Shown in pieces: positions 12,371 to 25,238 of a DNA stretch of 64,000 bases. The position numbers and the translations under genes were made by a program. How positions within the stretch are numbered: position 1 is the first letter of the stretch; each line of letters begins with the position of its first letter. The DNA is from Okamejei kenojei. Its lineage: Eukaryota. Location: assembly GCA_035221665.1 (NCBI GenBank), contig CM069148.1:26164001-26228000 (forward strand), given 5' to 3'. The notes beneath the pieces were generated by a model. The model was not told where the DNA came from. It did not search any database and saw only the letters and a program-made list of their open reading frames with translations.

Positions 12371-12521
12371 AAATTAAAATGTTACAAGCCTAATATGCAC
12401 AAGTTTATTGCTGACTTGTAAATGACCGTTGCATTTTGTCACTGCTATACGATAGACACACAGCATCTTTTCCTTAAGATTGCGAATGTTAAGCTGATTT
12501 TACTTTGTTTTTTCTCCTTAG

Positions 12522-12884
12522 TTGCTCCTAAGTTGGGGAACATAATCACACCTCCTGTTGTGCGTCACAACACTTCAGTGAAGCTGACTTGTCCAATAAG
12601 TTTTTTCACGCCACGTCCATTAACAATCCGTTGGTATGAAAGAATACATGGGGTAAAATCTCTTTTGCTGGAGCACAACGAGGAATATGCGGCAGAAGGC
12701 ACGGTGGGCCGGTATTCCCACTGTCTGCAGGAGTTTACCTATCCAGACCACACTTACAGCGTCTACAGCATGCTCACTTTCATTGCATCAATTCAAGAAA
12801 ATAATGGAAAAGAATATTTATGTGAAGTGAATCACGTTAGCTTGAGACAACAAGCCGAGAAACGGGTTAAGCTGGAAGTGAAAG
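12522..12884 (+). CDS. NCR3LG1: B7-H6-like gene: post-TM IgC1 exon 2
   Basis: Acceptor CTCCTTAG|; APKL..LTCPISFFTPRPLTIRWY..PDHTYSVYSML..YLCEVNHVSL; phase-1 donor AAAG|GTAACT. Confidence 0.8.
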
Positions 12885-13338
12885 GTAACTCAAACTTAAA
12901 GTCTTTGATTGCGCATTCACTATCAAACGTGTAATTGCCTTAGCTTTGCTGACGTTATTGTGAAATATTTCAGTCAGAAGCATTAAAATGGCCTTCCACC
13001 ATTCATGGGGGAGAAGGCAGGAGAATGGGGTTGAGAGGGAAAGACAGATCAGCCATGATCGAATGGTGGAGTAGACTCGATGGGCCAAATGGCCCAACTC
13101 TGCTCCTATGACTTTATACCCACCACCCTCAGCGTGGAAATGTCATCCCTCTGCTTCCCATTAAATCTTTCCCCTCTCACCTTAAACCTCTGTCCTCTGC
13201 TTCATACACACCTCGAGGGCCTTTCTCCACCTCCCCGGTCCTCAGCGACCACTTCTCAGTCAGCAGCGCCAATGTTTTAACAGCATGACTATATTTTGTG
13301 TTTACAAATGTAGTAAAATTCTATTTTCTGATTTGCAG

Positions 13339-13647
13339 CATATCCTTCACTTGATACCATCCAGAGCGAACCAGTGAATCCAGAAATTGACAAAGAAATG
13401 ACTCTCTCCTGCAGAGTGCACTCGTTTTATCCTAAAGAGATTTCTGTCCAATGGGTCATGGATAAGAAAACCATAAAAGGGAATGAAATATCTGAAATAA
13501 TCGCGAATCAGGAGAAGTTGTATGAATTCACCACGACTTGCACCATAATTCCAACGTTATCAAACAGAGAGAGTAAATATCAATGCTTTGTCACACACGA
13601 GAGCCTTCCAAAGCCAAAGTTTGCGGAATATGTTCCCGAGAATTTAG
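13339..13647 (+). CDS. NCR3LG1: B7-H6-like gene: post-TM IgC1 exon 3
   Basis: Acceptor TTTGCAG|; AYPSL..LSCRVHSFYPKEISVQW..YQCFVTHESL; phase-1 donor TTAG|GTATGC. Confidence 0.82.
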
Positions 13648-15008
13648 GTATGCTTCCTCTCCTTTCAAAGATTGTTTCTGCTATTTACACAATAAGGACA
13701 TTTTTCATTCATCATTAAATTGTGTTCTAATTTCGTAATATTATATTGTCAGCTTTCCGTTATATCATTACTTTTACCTGTACATTTGCTTCTGGTTGGC
13801 AAAAACATTATTGAGTTTAAATGCTGTAATTCCTCATGCTCGAGAACTTAGAACAGTATTCAGTATTCACTTTACTGTCATTTCACTGAGTACTTGCATA
13901 CACAGAAAAAACGAAAAATTGTTTCTCATCAGTTTTGTCATCAGTGCAATTAATAAAAACAGAAATAAATACTTACAAGTTAAAAATTACCATCTCTAAA
14001 ATAGAACTAAAATAGAACTAAAACAGACATTCAGACAGAACAATCGATCCCTAACATAGGAACAATTTAAAGTGCTGTTCAGTGGCTTCGCCTTGACAAG
14101 TGACTAGCTGTCAAGGTGTTGGGGGGGGGGGGGGGCTTAGATGTGGGTGTGTGTGTGTATGGGGAGGGGACACAGTCCCATACATTCAACATAGAACAGT
14201 ATGGTGTGTAGGAAGGAACTGCTGATGTTGGTTTATACTGAAGATGGACACAAAATGTTGGAATAACTTAGCAGGTCAGGCAGCATCACTGAAGAAAAAG
14301 AATAAGTGACATTTTGGGTCCGATGAAGAGTTCCGACCCGGAACGTCACCTATTCTTTTTCTCCAGAGATCCTGATCCGCTGAGTTATTGTTTTAGAACA
14401 GTTCAGCACTGCAACAGGACCTTCGGCCCACAATGTCAGTGCCAAACCTTTAGTCTTTAAAAATACAGCATGGAAACAAGGCCCTTCGGCCCACCAAGTC
14501 CACGCCAACCAGCGATCACCCCCATAAACTAACACTATCCTACACACTAGGGACAATTTACAATTTACAGAAGACATTTAATGTGCAAACCTGTACGTCT
14601 TTGGATAGTGTGAGGAAATGGAGCACCCATTTTGCCCCCCCTCACAGACCTATGTCCTCTGGATCTTGATTCCCCTACCCTGGCTAAACAACTGTGCATT
14701 TACCCTATCTATTCCTCTCATGATCTTATACACCTCTATAAGATCACCCATCAACTTCATGTACTCCAAGGCATAAAGTCCTAGCCTGCCCAACCTCTAT
14801 AGCTCAGGCCCTTGTGTCCTGGGCTACAATCTTCTTCGTATATAATCTTCGTAAATCTTCTCCGCACCCTTTCCAGCTTTCCAGTTGTTATTTCTAGTCA
14901 ACTTACAAACACTGATTACATCCTCATTGTACAAAACCTTTTCTGGAACATTACCTAAAACGATGTTTTAAGATGCATTTCAGCTTTTCTTATTCCTCTT
15001 TCTTACAG

Positions 15009-15335
15009 TATCTTCTCCCAAAGTAAATAAAATTTCTTGTGATCCTGTGAACCCTGAAGCCGGAAAGACATTGACTTTGTCCTGTGAAATAATGGACTTT
15101 TATCCAGCGAGTATTCAAATTGAGTGGTTTAGGGATGAAGTGAGATTAAATGAAAATACAACATATGTAATCGCTAACGAATTGATGATGAATGAACCTA
15201 GTCTCTACAGCAAAGTCACCAAATTAACCTGGAGGCCAAGCACTCATGATCATCAACATGAATACAAGGTTGAAGTTTACCATTCAAAATCTTCCTCCAA
15301 ACCTCAGAAGCAATGCTTCCAGTTACTTCTTAAAG
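15009..15335 (+). CDS. NCR3LG1: B7-H6-like gene: post-TM IgC1 exon 4 (lacks the F-strand Cys)
   Basis: Acceptor CTTACAG|; VSSPKV..LSCEIMDFYPASIQIEWF..LYSKVTKL..EYKVEVYH; phase-1 donor AAAG|GTGAGT. Confidence 0.8.
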
Positions 15336-17828
15336 GTGAGTTAAGGTTCTCTTTATCAAGCTGTGGTAAAATGAATTCCAGCTGTTATTTGGAAATCATA
15401 ATCAGCCAGAGCTGATTCTAAGACCTGAAAAAGTTAATTGAGAGTTATTTGAGTGTAATAACATCATACTGGTGACTCTTAGAAAACAGCCCTTATGGTG
15501 TTTTCCCATAATAGATTTTGTTTTTCTTTCCTCATAAATTGCATAAGAGCAAGTTTTATTTCATTTTAACGATTTTGGGCCGTGATTTATGAATTTTGTA
15601 AAGGTGAATTACAGAATTCAGACAAAAGGCTGTAACGTGGGACTTTGCTGTAATTTTCTAATGTTGTATTTTTTTAAATTTCTATTGTTTTGAAAAGGAA
15701 TAATTCAATTTTTGGGCAGTACAGTGGCGTAGCTTCTAGAGCTGCTGCCTCACAGGGCCAGAGACCCAGCTTTAATCCTGACCTCGGGTACTGGCTGCGT
15801 GTGGAGTTTGCAGGCTCTCCGTGACTGTCGATTTTGTATGGGTGCTCCTTTTTCCTCCTGCATCCCAAAGACATGCAGATTTGTAGGTTACATGGCCTCT
15901 GTAAATTGCCCCTAGTGTGTAGGGAGACTATGAGAAAGTGGGATAATATAGAACTTGTGTGAATGGTGATTGATGGTCGGTGTGGATTCGGTTGGCTGAA
16001 GGACTTGTATCTCTAAAGTAAACTAAACTTCCCAAACCTCCACCACCTAGAATGACAACACTGGTGGTGTGGGAGCAAATGGAATTCATCTGACTTGGAT
16101 ATGTGCAATAGGGTCATAGTGATACAATGTGGAAACGGGCCCTTCACCCAACTTGCCCACACTGGCCAACATGTCCCAGCTACATGAGTCCCACCTGCCT
16201 CCATATCCCTCTAAACCTATCCTATCCATATACCTGTCTAAGTTTCTTAAACGTTGGGATATTCCCAGCCTCAACTACCTCCTCTGGCAGCTTGTTCCAA
16301 ACACCCACTACCCTTTGCGTGAAAAAGTTAACCCTCAGATTCCTATTAAATCTTTTCCCCTTCACCTTGAACCTATGTCCCCTAAGTGCTGCAATTCTTT
16401 TATTGGAATGGATTATCCCTGCCTGAGTTTGCCACCCACTTGAGACCCACTTGTTGTGCAGAGAGGGCAGTGTGATTCATTCTGCACATAGGTCTCACCA
16501 ATGTTTTTTTTATATACAAAAGGGTTCTGGTACACATATTGCTCCTTGCTTTTGGTGTCGAAAGCAGATTATCATCCAATATGCTGATTAAGAGCCTGAC
16601 CGACTAATGTTATTAATTTGATTCTTTAAACATTTGTAATTTTTTTGTAATATTAAAAATGCTAAAATGTAGTTTTTAACTCTTTAGAGGAGCTGGCAGG
16701 CCATGCTGTACGTTGAGAAATGTGGGCAAACAGGACTAGCCGAAGGGCCTGTTTCCATGCTGTACAGCACTTTGACTATGATTAAATGGTGGAGGAGTGA
16801 CAACTTTTTGAAAATGACTGTGAATGTTTATCCATGTCCCCTCGTCATCTTGTACTCTTACAGATCTCAGCATTGCTTCCTGATTTCTTGGATCCATGAA
16901 AAAAAAAATTCCCCCTTCAACAAGGAGCTTTTATTATATATTCACGGTTTACATAGTATTGCATCATTCAAAACTGCTCTTCATTCAGTTTGCAACACTG
17001 ACCATCAGATTACGACATCATCAGCCCTATCCACGATGCACTCGAGCCTCCCAGGACATCTTGGCAGCTAGTGACAGCTCGGTGGATGTAGAGTACCTTT
17101 AAATTTGTCTGAAATATGTAACGGTTATAAAAATACTTTAAATATATGCGTAAATGACAAACAAATATTAACACATAAAAACTCGAACAAATAATTAATA
17201 CTAAAATTAAAATGCTGAATTTACCTATTACCTATTACCTATTTCCACTAGATTGAAGGGGACAGTTATTCATGTTAGTTTTTCTAGCAAACCTGAGGAT
17301 GAAATACAAAGTGGATTGGATCTATCTTGTCACGCATCCACCATTTAGTCAGAGAGTCGTAGAGTTGGCAAGCGTAGAAACAGGCCCTTCGACCTACCTC
17401 GTCCATGCTGACTAATTTGGAAGTCTGGAAAATCCCATTTTCCTGCATTTGGTTCATAGCCCTCTGAAAATTTCCCTCTCCATACTTCTGTCCAATGTCT
17501 TTTAAAAGTTATAATTACATCCGCTTCTATAGCTTCCGCTGGCAGCTCATTCCAGATATGGTCAACCCTCTGAATTAAAAAAATTGTCATCCCTTTAAGC
17601 CTAACCCGAATGCAGTGGGGGTGCTGGGAGGTGGTGGTGGGCAGTGGAAATAATGGCGTTTAAGAGGCTTTTAAATAGGCGCATGGATATACAGGGAATG
17701 GAAGGATCACATGCAGGCAGATAGGAATTGGTCTTGGTATCGTGATTGACACAGACATTTGTCGGCCGAAGGGCCTGTTCCTGTGCTGTACTATTCTATG
17801 TTTTAAATATATTTTATTTTCTTTATAG

Positions 17829-18137
17829 GCTCACCAACATTTTCAGACTTCAAAATGGTGCCAGAGATCCCATGGTTTGGTGAAAATTTATCCATATCTT
17901 GTTCCGTACATGGCCTCTTAAGAAAGGATTTCATTTTTGAATGGTATAGAGGATCTGAGCCGGTGAAAAATGGAGTAACTAATTCAAATTTTGTGCCTAC
18001 CGGTGGCAATTACAAAGTAGATAGTTGCCTTAAATTTTTAGTAACCGCAGAAGACTTTGAAAGAGAGTTAATCTTTCTGTGTAAAGACCGTTATAACAAT
18101 GAAGCATTCAAAAGGCGTATTCAACTGCCCCTAAAAG
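17829..18137 (+). CDS. NCR3LG1: B7-H6-like gene: post-TM divergent IgC1 exon 5
   Basis: Acceptor TTTATAG|; GSPTF..LSISCSVHGL..FEWY..GNYKVDSCL; phase-1 donor AAAG|GTGAGT. Confidence 0.75.
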
Positions 18138-19346
18138 GTGAGTGTGTTATGTAAATGATTTGTCTAACTATATTTTGATAAGTTATTATTCTAAATTTGT
18201 ATATAACCAACATTGAAGACAGTAAAGGTTTTACAATGAGTGCAGAAGAATGGCTTTTGTTGACACAAACACCCTTTTATCTACTTTCCATCTCTGGCCT
18301 TTGTCCACCCATCTGCCAAAGAAAAACTCTCACCTGAATCTACCTATCATTTGCAAGGCTTTGTCCCACTCTCACTTGTCCAGCTTTCACTACCCCTGCA
18401 AAAATCAGTATGAAGAAAAGTCCCAAACTAAAACATTGCTTATCCATGTCTTCCAGAGATGCAGCCTGACACGCTGTTATTCCAGCACTTTGTATTTTTG
18501 TTTAGCTTTTGTTCTTCATCGCCTTAAGTGAATCCCAAAATCCTGGGGCGCCATGTGCGACCGCGTTTCCCTGCCTACGCCACCACGTCTCACCATGTCT
18601 CACCACGTGCCATGCGCGCGTCATGCACGCCATGCGAGCATCACGACGCGGACGTGACACGTAAATGATGTCACGTCGTGATGCGTAAATTATGTCGCAT
18701 AAATGACGCGGAAATAACGCCCAAGTGGGACAGGCCCTTTACACAGGTTTATAGTCGAAACTTCTTATTTTTGGGTGATTAGTCTAGTTTAGTTTAGAAG
18801 TACAGCGCAGAAACAGCCCACGGAGTCCGGCCGACCAGCGATCACCTCGTACACTAACATTATTATACACACTAGGGACAATTTACAATTTTTACAAAAG
18901 CCAAATAACCTACGTCTTTGGAGTGTGTGTGGAAATCGGAGCACCCGGAGAAAACCCATGCAGTCACGGGGAGAATGAGCAAACTCCGTACAGACAGCAC
19001 CCATAGTCAGGATCAAACCCAGGTCTCTCGCACTGTAAGGCAGCACTGCTACCAGGTGTCTAGAAGAGGCTTACAAGAATGATGCCTGGATTAGTGGGTA
19101 GTAGCTGTCAAGAGAGTGTAAAAGAAGGAACTGCAGATGCTGGAGAATTGAGGGTACACAAAAGGCTGAAGAAACTCAGCGGGTGCAGCAGCATCTAAGG
19201 AGCGAAGGAGATAGGCGACGTTTCGGGTCGAAACCTTAGTGTTTTCTTTGGAACCAGAAATTGCAGGGAGACCTGTAGGAAGTGCCGGTATATAAAATTA
19301 TGAGAGGCAAAGATAAGTTAGACAGTTAAAGACGAGCATACATAGC

Positions 19347-20464
19347 TGTCAAGTCTTTTAATGTTTTTGTGCAGATTCCCCGCTTGAAGGATCTGATTTA
19401 TCCACCCCGATATGATGAACTGGATTTCACTCAATGACCAAACACTTCTTTTCCATTTTTTCCCCATTTTTTCCCCCCCTTTTTATTTTGGCAGATTCAG
19501 CAATTAATTTACAGTTCCACTTGATTTATTGCTTCAGCCATTACTTTGAAGGCATTTGGATGTTGTAGGTCTTAAGGTATTTAACAGTTTAGTCTTTTAG
19601 TAGGTTCAAAACCGGCTGCTAATCAGGTGCTGTAGATAATCAGACCTGTATGCCTTTGCTGGCGATCGCGGCGGTTTTTAGGACAGTCTCTTAGATTATA
19701 CTGTTCAAGTTTTAGCCGCAAGTCAACTTCTCTCGCGGGCCTGTCCGCTTCTCTGTTTCCCTCCCCCCACCGGGTTGACTGTTCCCGGTTGGGCTGAAGA
19801 CTCAGCCTCTGTCGGTGGCTCTCTGGACCTCTCCGTGGCCTTCACGGTACTAGGCCCCCACCCGACGTCTTTGGCTGCTGCTTGGGCCTGGCTGTAGGCT
19901 GCACAGCCCTGGATACATTCCAGACCCTTACTGCCCCTGCTTGTTTTCCTAGCTCTTCCCTGAGCTATTGCTTCCCGTTTTTACCTTTTTCCTTTTTGGC
20001 GCCAATTCAAACCCATTTGGCTTGGTGACGTTCCACTTGTTTCCAAATACTACTATTTTTAACTTTTGTTTTTGATTCTTCTTGCTGGCCTTGTTCTTAT
20101 CTTCATTCTTTTATCCTCGTCGACAATTGTTGTGTATTCGGATGCTTTGAACAGTCTTGAATAAAGGCTCGGGCACGGGAGGAATCATACAAGCTTCTCT
20201 TCTGCAGGACGCCACCTCCAGTCTTTTTCTGCTCATGCGTACTTGCCCCAGACATCACAAGACACCAATTATTTATCCTAATTATCTCATACCTAACACT
20301 CCTCCCCCTTTAACTTGGGGGCAGGTAATAACTTTTCTATTACATACACCGCACTCCTTCCCTTTTCAGTCCATTTCACCTGTACGGTATATGCTCTTTT
20401 CCTACGATTGTGTGCTTGTGATTTTAATTTAGCATTTGTCCTTTCATTACAGTTTGATTTGACA
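19347..20464 (-). mobile_element. 1.1-kb solo-LTR-like element (TG..CA, 5-bp TSD ATAGC)
   Basis: Ends TGTCAAGTC / GATTTGACA; TSD at 19342-19346 and 20465-20469; AATAAA on the - strand near the left end; homologous to 48635-57555. Confidence 0.8.
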
Positions 20465-21461
20465 ATAGCTTTAAAGTGAGAGGGGCAAAGTTTAATGTGC
20501 GAGGCAAGGTTTTTTACACAGTGAGTAGAGGGTGCCTTGAATATGCTGCCCATGGTGGTGGTGGAGGCAGATATGTTAGTGACATTTCAGAGACTATTCG
20601 ATAGGCACATGGATATACAAGGAATGGAAGGATATGGATCACATGCAGGCAGAGGAAATTGTGTTCGTTTTGCATAATGTTCAGCACAAACATTGTAGGC
20701 CGAAAGGCCTGTCCCTATGCTGTACTGCTCTATGGTCTAATCAAAGGTGGGGCCCGACATACTTCTTTGGGGTGTGGGAGAAAACGGGAGCACCTGGAGG
20801 AAATCCACACAGTCTCATGGATAATGTGCAAACTCCACACACAGACAGCACCTGAGGTCAGGATCAAACCTGGGTTTCTGGTGCTGAGGCAGCAGCTCTG
20901 TGTTTGGTAATAGGTCGTTAGTTTGAATTTGGGCCTTGTGTGTCAATATTATTGGCACTGACTATAGAAATAGGGTATCACTGCAAAAAGGGTGGCACCA
21001 TGGGGGGGGGGGGAAGCCAGAAGAGAGGTGGGGGCAGGACAAAGCCTGGCATGTGATAGATGGATATAGGTGAGGTAGGTTTTTGATTGTCAGATGGATG
21101 GACAAAGGCCAGAAATGTAAAAAAAAAGTTTCAAAAGAGGATAGAAGAGGCATGAAATTTGAAGCCAGAGGAAGTAGTGTGGGTGGATGAGAGCAAAGGA
21201 AAGGGGAAAGGAAGAATCGGGTGTGCATCCAGGTGGGGCACAGGGTGGAGAGGGTTAACAAAAAAAGGTGAGGGCAGTAAAAAGGGCAAGGGGTGTTTGT
21301 ACGGTTAATTACCAAAAATTGAAGTTTCCACTGTTCATACCGTTGGGTTGTAAGCTAACCAAGCAGAATAACATTATTTTGTTTGCCCAGGTCATTTTGG
21401 AACATAAAGTACGCATTAATTTAACTTGTATTTGATATTTGTGATTTCAATTTTTCCACAG

Positions 21462-21762
21462 CTGTGGCTCCTAAAGTATCATGTTTTAGCACCTGTGACA
21501 ATGTTCGGCCAAGAAAATATACCCTTACTTGCAAGATTGAACATTTTTGCCCAATGGATATAGAAGTTACTTGGAGGAAGGGATGGAAAGTTTGCACGGA
21601 TGATCAAATTATGAGAAAGCCCAAAATTGAAAAACAGGACTGTACTCTACAATCACAGAGATGCCAATTCTCATGGAAGAAAAATTGGTAAATTATGTTT
21701 GTGAAGTTCGACATGTAAAGACCAATGAAATTGTTGAGAAGCCATTCACACTGGAGGTTTAA
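21462..21762 (+). CDS. NCR3LG1: B7-H6-like gene: terminal IgC1 exon 6 (apparent 1-nt frameshift in the A5 run at 21630-21634)
   Basis: Acceptor TTCCACAG|; AVAPKV..LTCKIEHFCPMDIEVTW. Adding one A restores KTGLYSTITEM..NYVCEVRHVKTNEIVEKPFTLEV* (TAA 21760-21762). Confidence 0.75.
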
Positions 21763-22491
21763 ATTTGCCTTATAACTTTACTCACACCAGCCTGTGCAGA
21801 ATTATTCCAACAAATAATGAGTGGCATTACAGGGCTCTGAGAATTTATATTGAAATCTGTATGGAAGTATTTTCAGTTTAAAATCACAATATAAGAGTTG
21901 ACCTTTGTGGGCTTTATACCATTTACAAATTTCCTCCATTGTAAAGTTACCATAAGTAACAGATGCATATTACTTAATTTACACAAAGTGACATTACTTA
22001 ATGTAATAGTTTTCAGGGAGAATTTGCTATTGCCCATATTCTGAGGAAAATGAGCTAATTTCCATTTAAAATTATGACATTTGAAAAGAGTGTTTTGGTC
22101 GCTTTGTAGGCCTGTCTCAATGGCAATTGAAAGTCAACCTGAATGTTGTGTCATAGATCTGTATAGCATGGAAACAGGTCATTTGGCAAGTTGGCATATT
22201 GGGTTAGTCCAAATTGCCTGCATTTGGCCCAAAGCCCTCTAAATAACACCTGCTAATCCATATATGCATCCACATTTTTTTTGGAATCGGACAGTACCCT
22301 TGCATATGGAAGGACAATTCAGAAACTTGATAACAGAGGGGAAGATGTTGTTCCCGAGTCTGATGAAGCACATTTTCAAGCTTCTGTACCTTCTGCCTGA
22401 AGATTGAGCAGGGTGGGACAAATCCTTGATGATTTTATAGAAAATCTTGGAAGACCATTATGTTGATGATGTTATAGAAAATCTTGGAAGT

Positions 22492-23021
22492 TGTCCCACT
22501 TGGGCGACCTAATTGGCGAGTTTAGGAGAGTTTGAAAAAATGTCATGTTGAAGACCTTCGACTATGTAGAAGACCTCCTTCGACTTCCTTCGACTGTGTT
22601 GAAGACATAGCTTCGACTAGCTATGACTGACTTCGGGGAAAATTGGACACCGAATAGTGGAGAGTGAAGACGACCTCCTTCGACCTCCCTTCGACTATGA
22701 TGAAGACTATCTACAACTACCTTTGATTACCTTCACTACCCTCGATTACCTATGACTAACATGACAACCTACTACGACTAAACCTACGAGTAAAAAAATT
22801 ATAGATTTTTTCCAGCGGAACCTATTTTTACTCGCGGGCATTTTTCAACGTTGAAAAATACCCCGTTACCTAGCTGAGGCCTAGAGTATATGGGGACTAC
22901 TCCCGAGCATGAAGGAGAGTTACAAGGACCTCCTAGGACCTCGTGTCGATCATATTGCGAGTATGAGTCGAGGGCAAACTCGCCAGAACTCGCGGATTAG
23001 GTCGCCCAAGTGGGACAGCCT
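22492..23021. mobile_element. PIF/Harbinger-like MITE
   Basis: TIRs TGTCCCACTTGGGCGACCTAAT / ATTAGGTCGCCCAAGTGGGACA; internal CTTCGAC repeats; related ends at 18718-18737 and from 63863. Confidence 0.75.
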
Positions 23022-23089
23022 CTTTAGATTAAGAAAGAACTGCAGATGCTGGAAAATCGAAGGAAGACAGAGGGTGAGGCAGCATCTAT

Positions 23090-23815
23090 GGCGGTTTGTG
23101 GATTTTGGGGAGAAGGTAAAGTCGGGCTGTGTGGAGCTGGGGAACGATGAGGTTGGCAGCTTGGGAGGGCAGGGAGGCGGAAGTGATGAAGCCAGTGATA
23201 ATGTTAGAGATAGTGGCCTGGTGCTCGTCTGTGGGTCATGGTCCAAGGATAAGTAGGAGGAGGTGTCAGAGTTGGCGCGTGGCCTCAGCCTTGTAGAGAT
23301 CAGCACGCCAGACTACCACGGCACCTCCCAGGTTTGATCACCCAGTCTGGGTTGTTGCAGAGTGAATGGAGGGCTACACGTTCAGGGGGGAGGTTAGAGT
23401 GAGAAAGGGGAGTTGAAAAGTTGATGCGGTTGATGTCCCGCCGGCAGTTTAAAGTAGAAAGGTCTAAAGCCGTAGATGGCCATGAGGGGGAGTCCAAGAG
23501 GAGGGGGTCCATTGGAGATGAGAGAAGGGGGTCATCACTGCTGGGGCGAAGACTCGTTTCCATGGAAAAACACTTTGATGCGGAGGCGACGGAAGAAGAG
23601 CTCCACATCGTGTCAGACGCGGAGCTCATTGAGGTGGGGACGGTGGGGACGGAGGGGAACAAAGGTGAGGCCTCTGCTAAGGACAGACCGTTTGGCATCC
23701 GAGAGGGGGAGGTCAGGGGTGTTGGTGAACACACGGCAAGGATGGGGCTTGGTGCCGGAGGAAGGCAGGTGAGTGGACGGAGGCCGATGTGATGTCTAGT
23801 AGGGGGGTGGTGGGT
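23090..23815 (-). mobile_element. Penelope-like element ORF fragment
   Basis: Degenerate frames RVFTNTPDLPLSDA..VLSRGLTFVP, HDVELFFRR, NPDWVIKP..AVVVW..RQLSDTSSYLSLDHDP; adjoins a pLTR piece at ~23030-23090. Confidence 0.72.
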
Positions 23816-24619
23816 GGTATTTTAATTTGATTTATTTGCAAGCCATAGATGGGAAACACTGGTTTTATGCACCTAAACTTTATTGCCAATCTTGTACATT
23901 TATTAATTTATCCCTCTGTATATACTTCAGTTATTGAACCAGGTGTGTCCATATAAATCAAATGTGGCCATATTGCTTACAAATAGAATTTTTTTATGTT
24001 TAATTTAAAAAAAAACGTTAGTAGTTATTCCAGTCCTGAGGGACCAAATTCAAATCCTTGTAGTTGGCAATAATATATACAATAATATGATATGCAAAGT
24101 ATGTTCACTATTTGCTGACAGGACAGATCTGATGAACTGAAATGGGAATTGAAGTAATCTGTTCTTTTAAACTAAACTTCGACAGCTTGATGCATTAATG
24201 GTTGACAAACTTGTTGTAATACAGTTGTTCTGCTATAATGTGCATTTCCATTATCACAGATTAAATATAACCCAATTAATGGTTGGAGACATTACTTACA
24301 TTGTGTGGGCCGATTTCAATGTGCAACTTGGGAATCACTTTAAAGTTACTTTTGAAATTGACAGGCAGAAAAAAATAGCTGCCTTGGATTTAAACAGAGA
24401 GGGGACAGAAAACCTGTTTCCATGTAATTTTCTTGCAATAATCAACCATTGTCTCCTAAGAGTACAGCGGATACTTTGACAGTGGAAGTGAATTGAAATT
24501 GGAAAGCAATCATTTCCATTGACACTTATACAACCATACTCTATAAACATTGTGACATAAATACTTTGCAGTAACAAACAAAAACCTACTGCTAATGAAA
24601 ATCCTGCAGGAAAATTAAT

Positions 24620-25070
24620 GGCCCTGTCTCACGGTGCGAGTTGACCCACGAGGTACCCCGAGTGACAGACTCGTGGTTGTGCACGAGACTTCAAGTTTAT
24701 GATCAAGTGTGTAACCGAGTTCCCACGGGTATGTCATTGCTGCGATGCTCCAACTTCCTCTCCCGAGTTACCAAGTTCCTCTCCCGTTACTCTTGAGCCA
24801 ACCGTGAATGAAGGTATGTTTTAATAAAGCAACAATGTTAAAATACATCTCCATCCTGTGGCTTTGAGTTATTTCAGCGCGGCGGCATCTATTGATATGA
24901 CCTACAAAGGGAAAATGCGCATCCTCCAGTAACCAATAACGTGGTAAATGCATTTCTTGTTGTTTTATGTTTTTAAATACTTTTTTGCAATGGATCTCTA
25001 TTTTAAATAATTTTAAAAAAGGAAGCAGCTCGGGTGACTGACATTGAGCGGCCGCCGGGACCCGACAGCA

Positions 25071-25112
<42 letters not shown>

Positions 25113-25206
25113 TACACACAGACAGCAGGACTGGCCGCCACTTCCGAGGAAGGAAGCAGCTCGGGTGACTGACATTGAGCGGCCGCCGGGACCCGACAGC
25201 AGGCAG

Positions 25207-25238
<32 letters not shown>

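Noticed and set aside
12745-15220. ITIM-like SVYSML and SLYSKV in post-TM Ig domains
   Set aside because: Both coincide with the structural C1 E-strand tyrosine motif, so they are probably not signalling motifs.
15714-15800. tRNA genes
   Set aside because: The A/B-box sequences are SINE heads followed by SINE bodies; no complete cloverleaf.
1-21762. Ig heavy chain (IgW/IgNAR) or MHC/tapasin identity for the Ig exons
   Set aside because: The TM precedes most C1 exons and lacks the antigen-receptor TM motif; no J segments, RSS or secretory tail; synteny points to NCR3LG1.
22540-22790. CRISPR-like short repeats (CTTCGAC units)
   Set aside because: Irregular internal repeats of a MITE in a eukaryotic genome; no spacer structure or cas genes.
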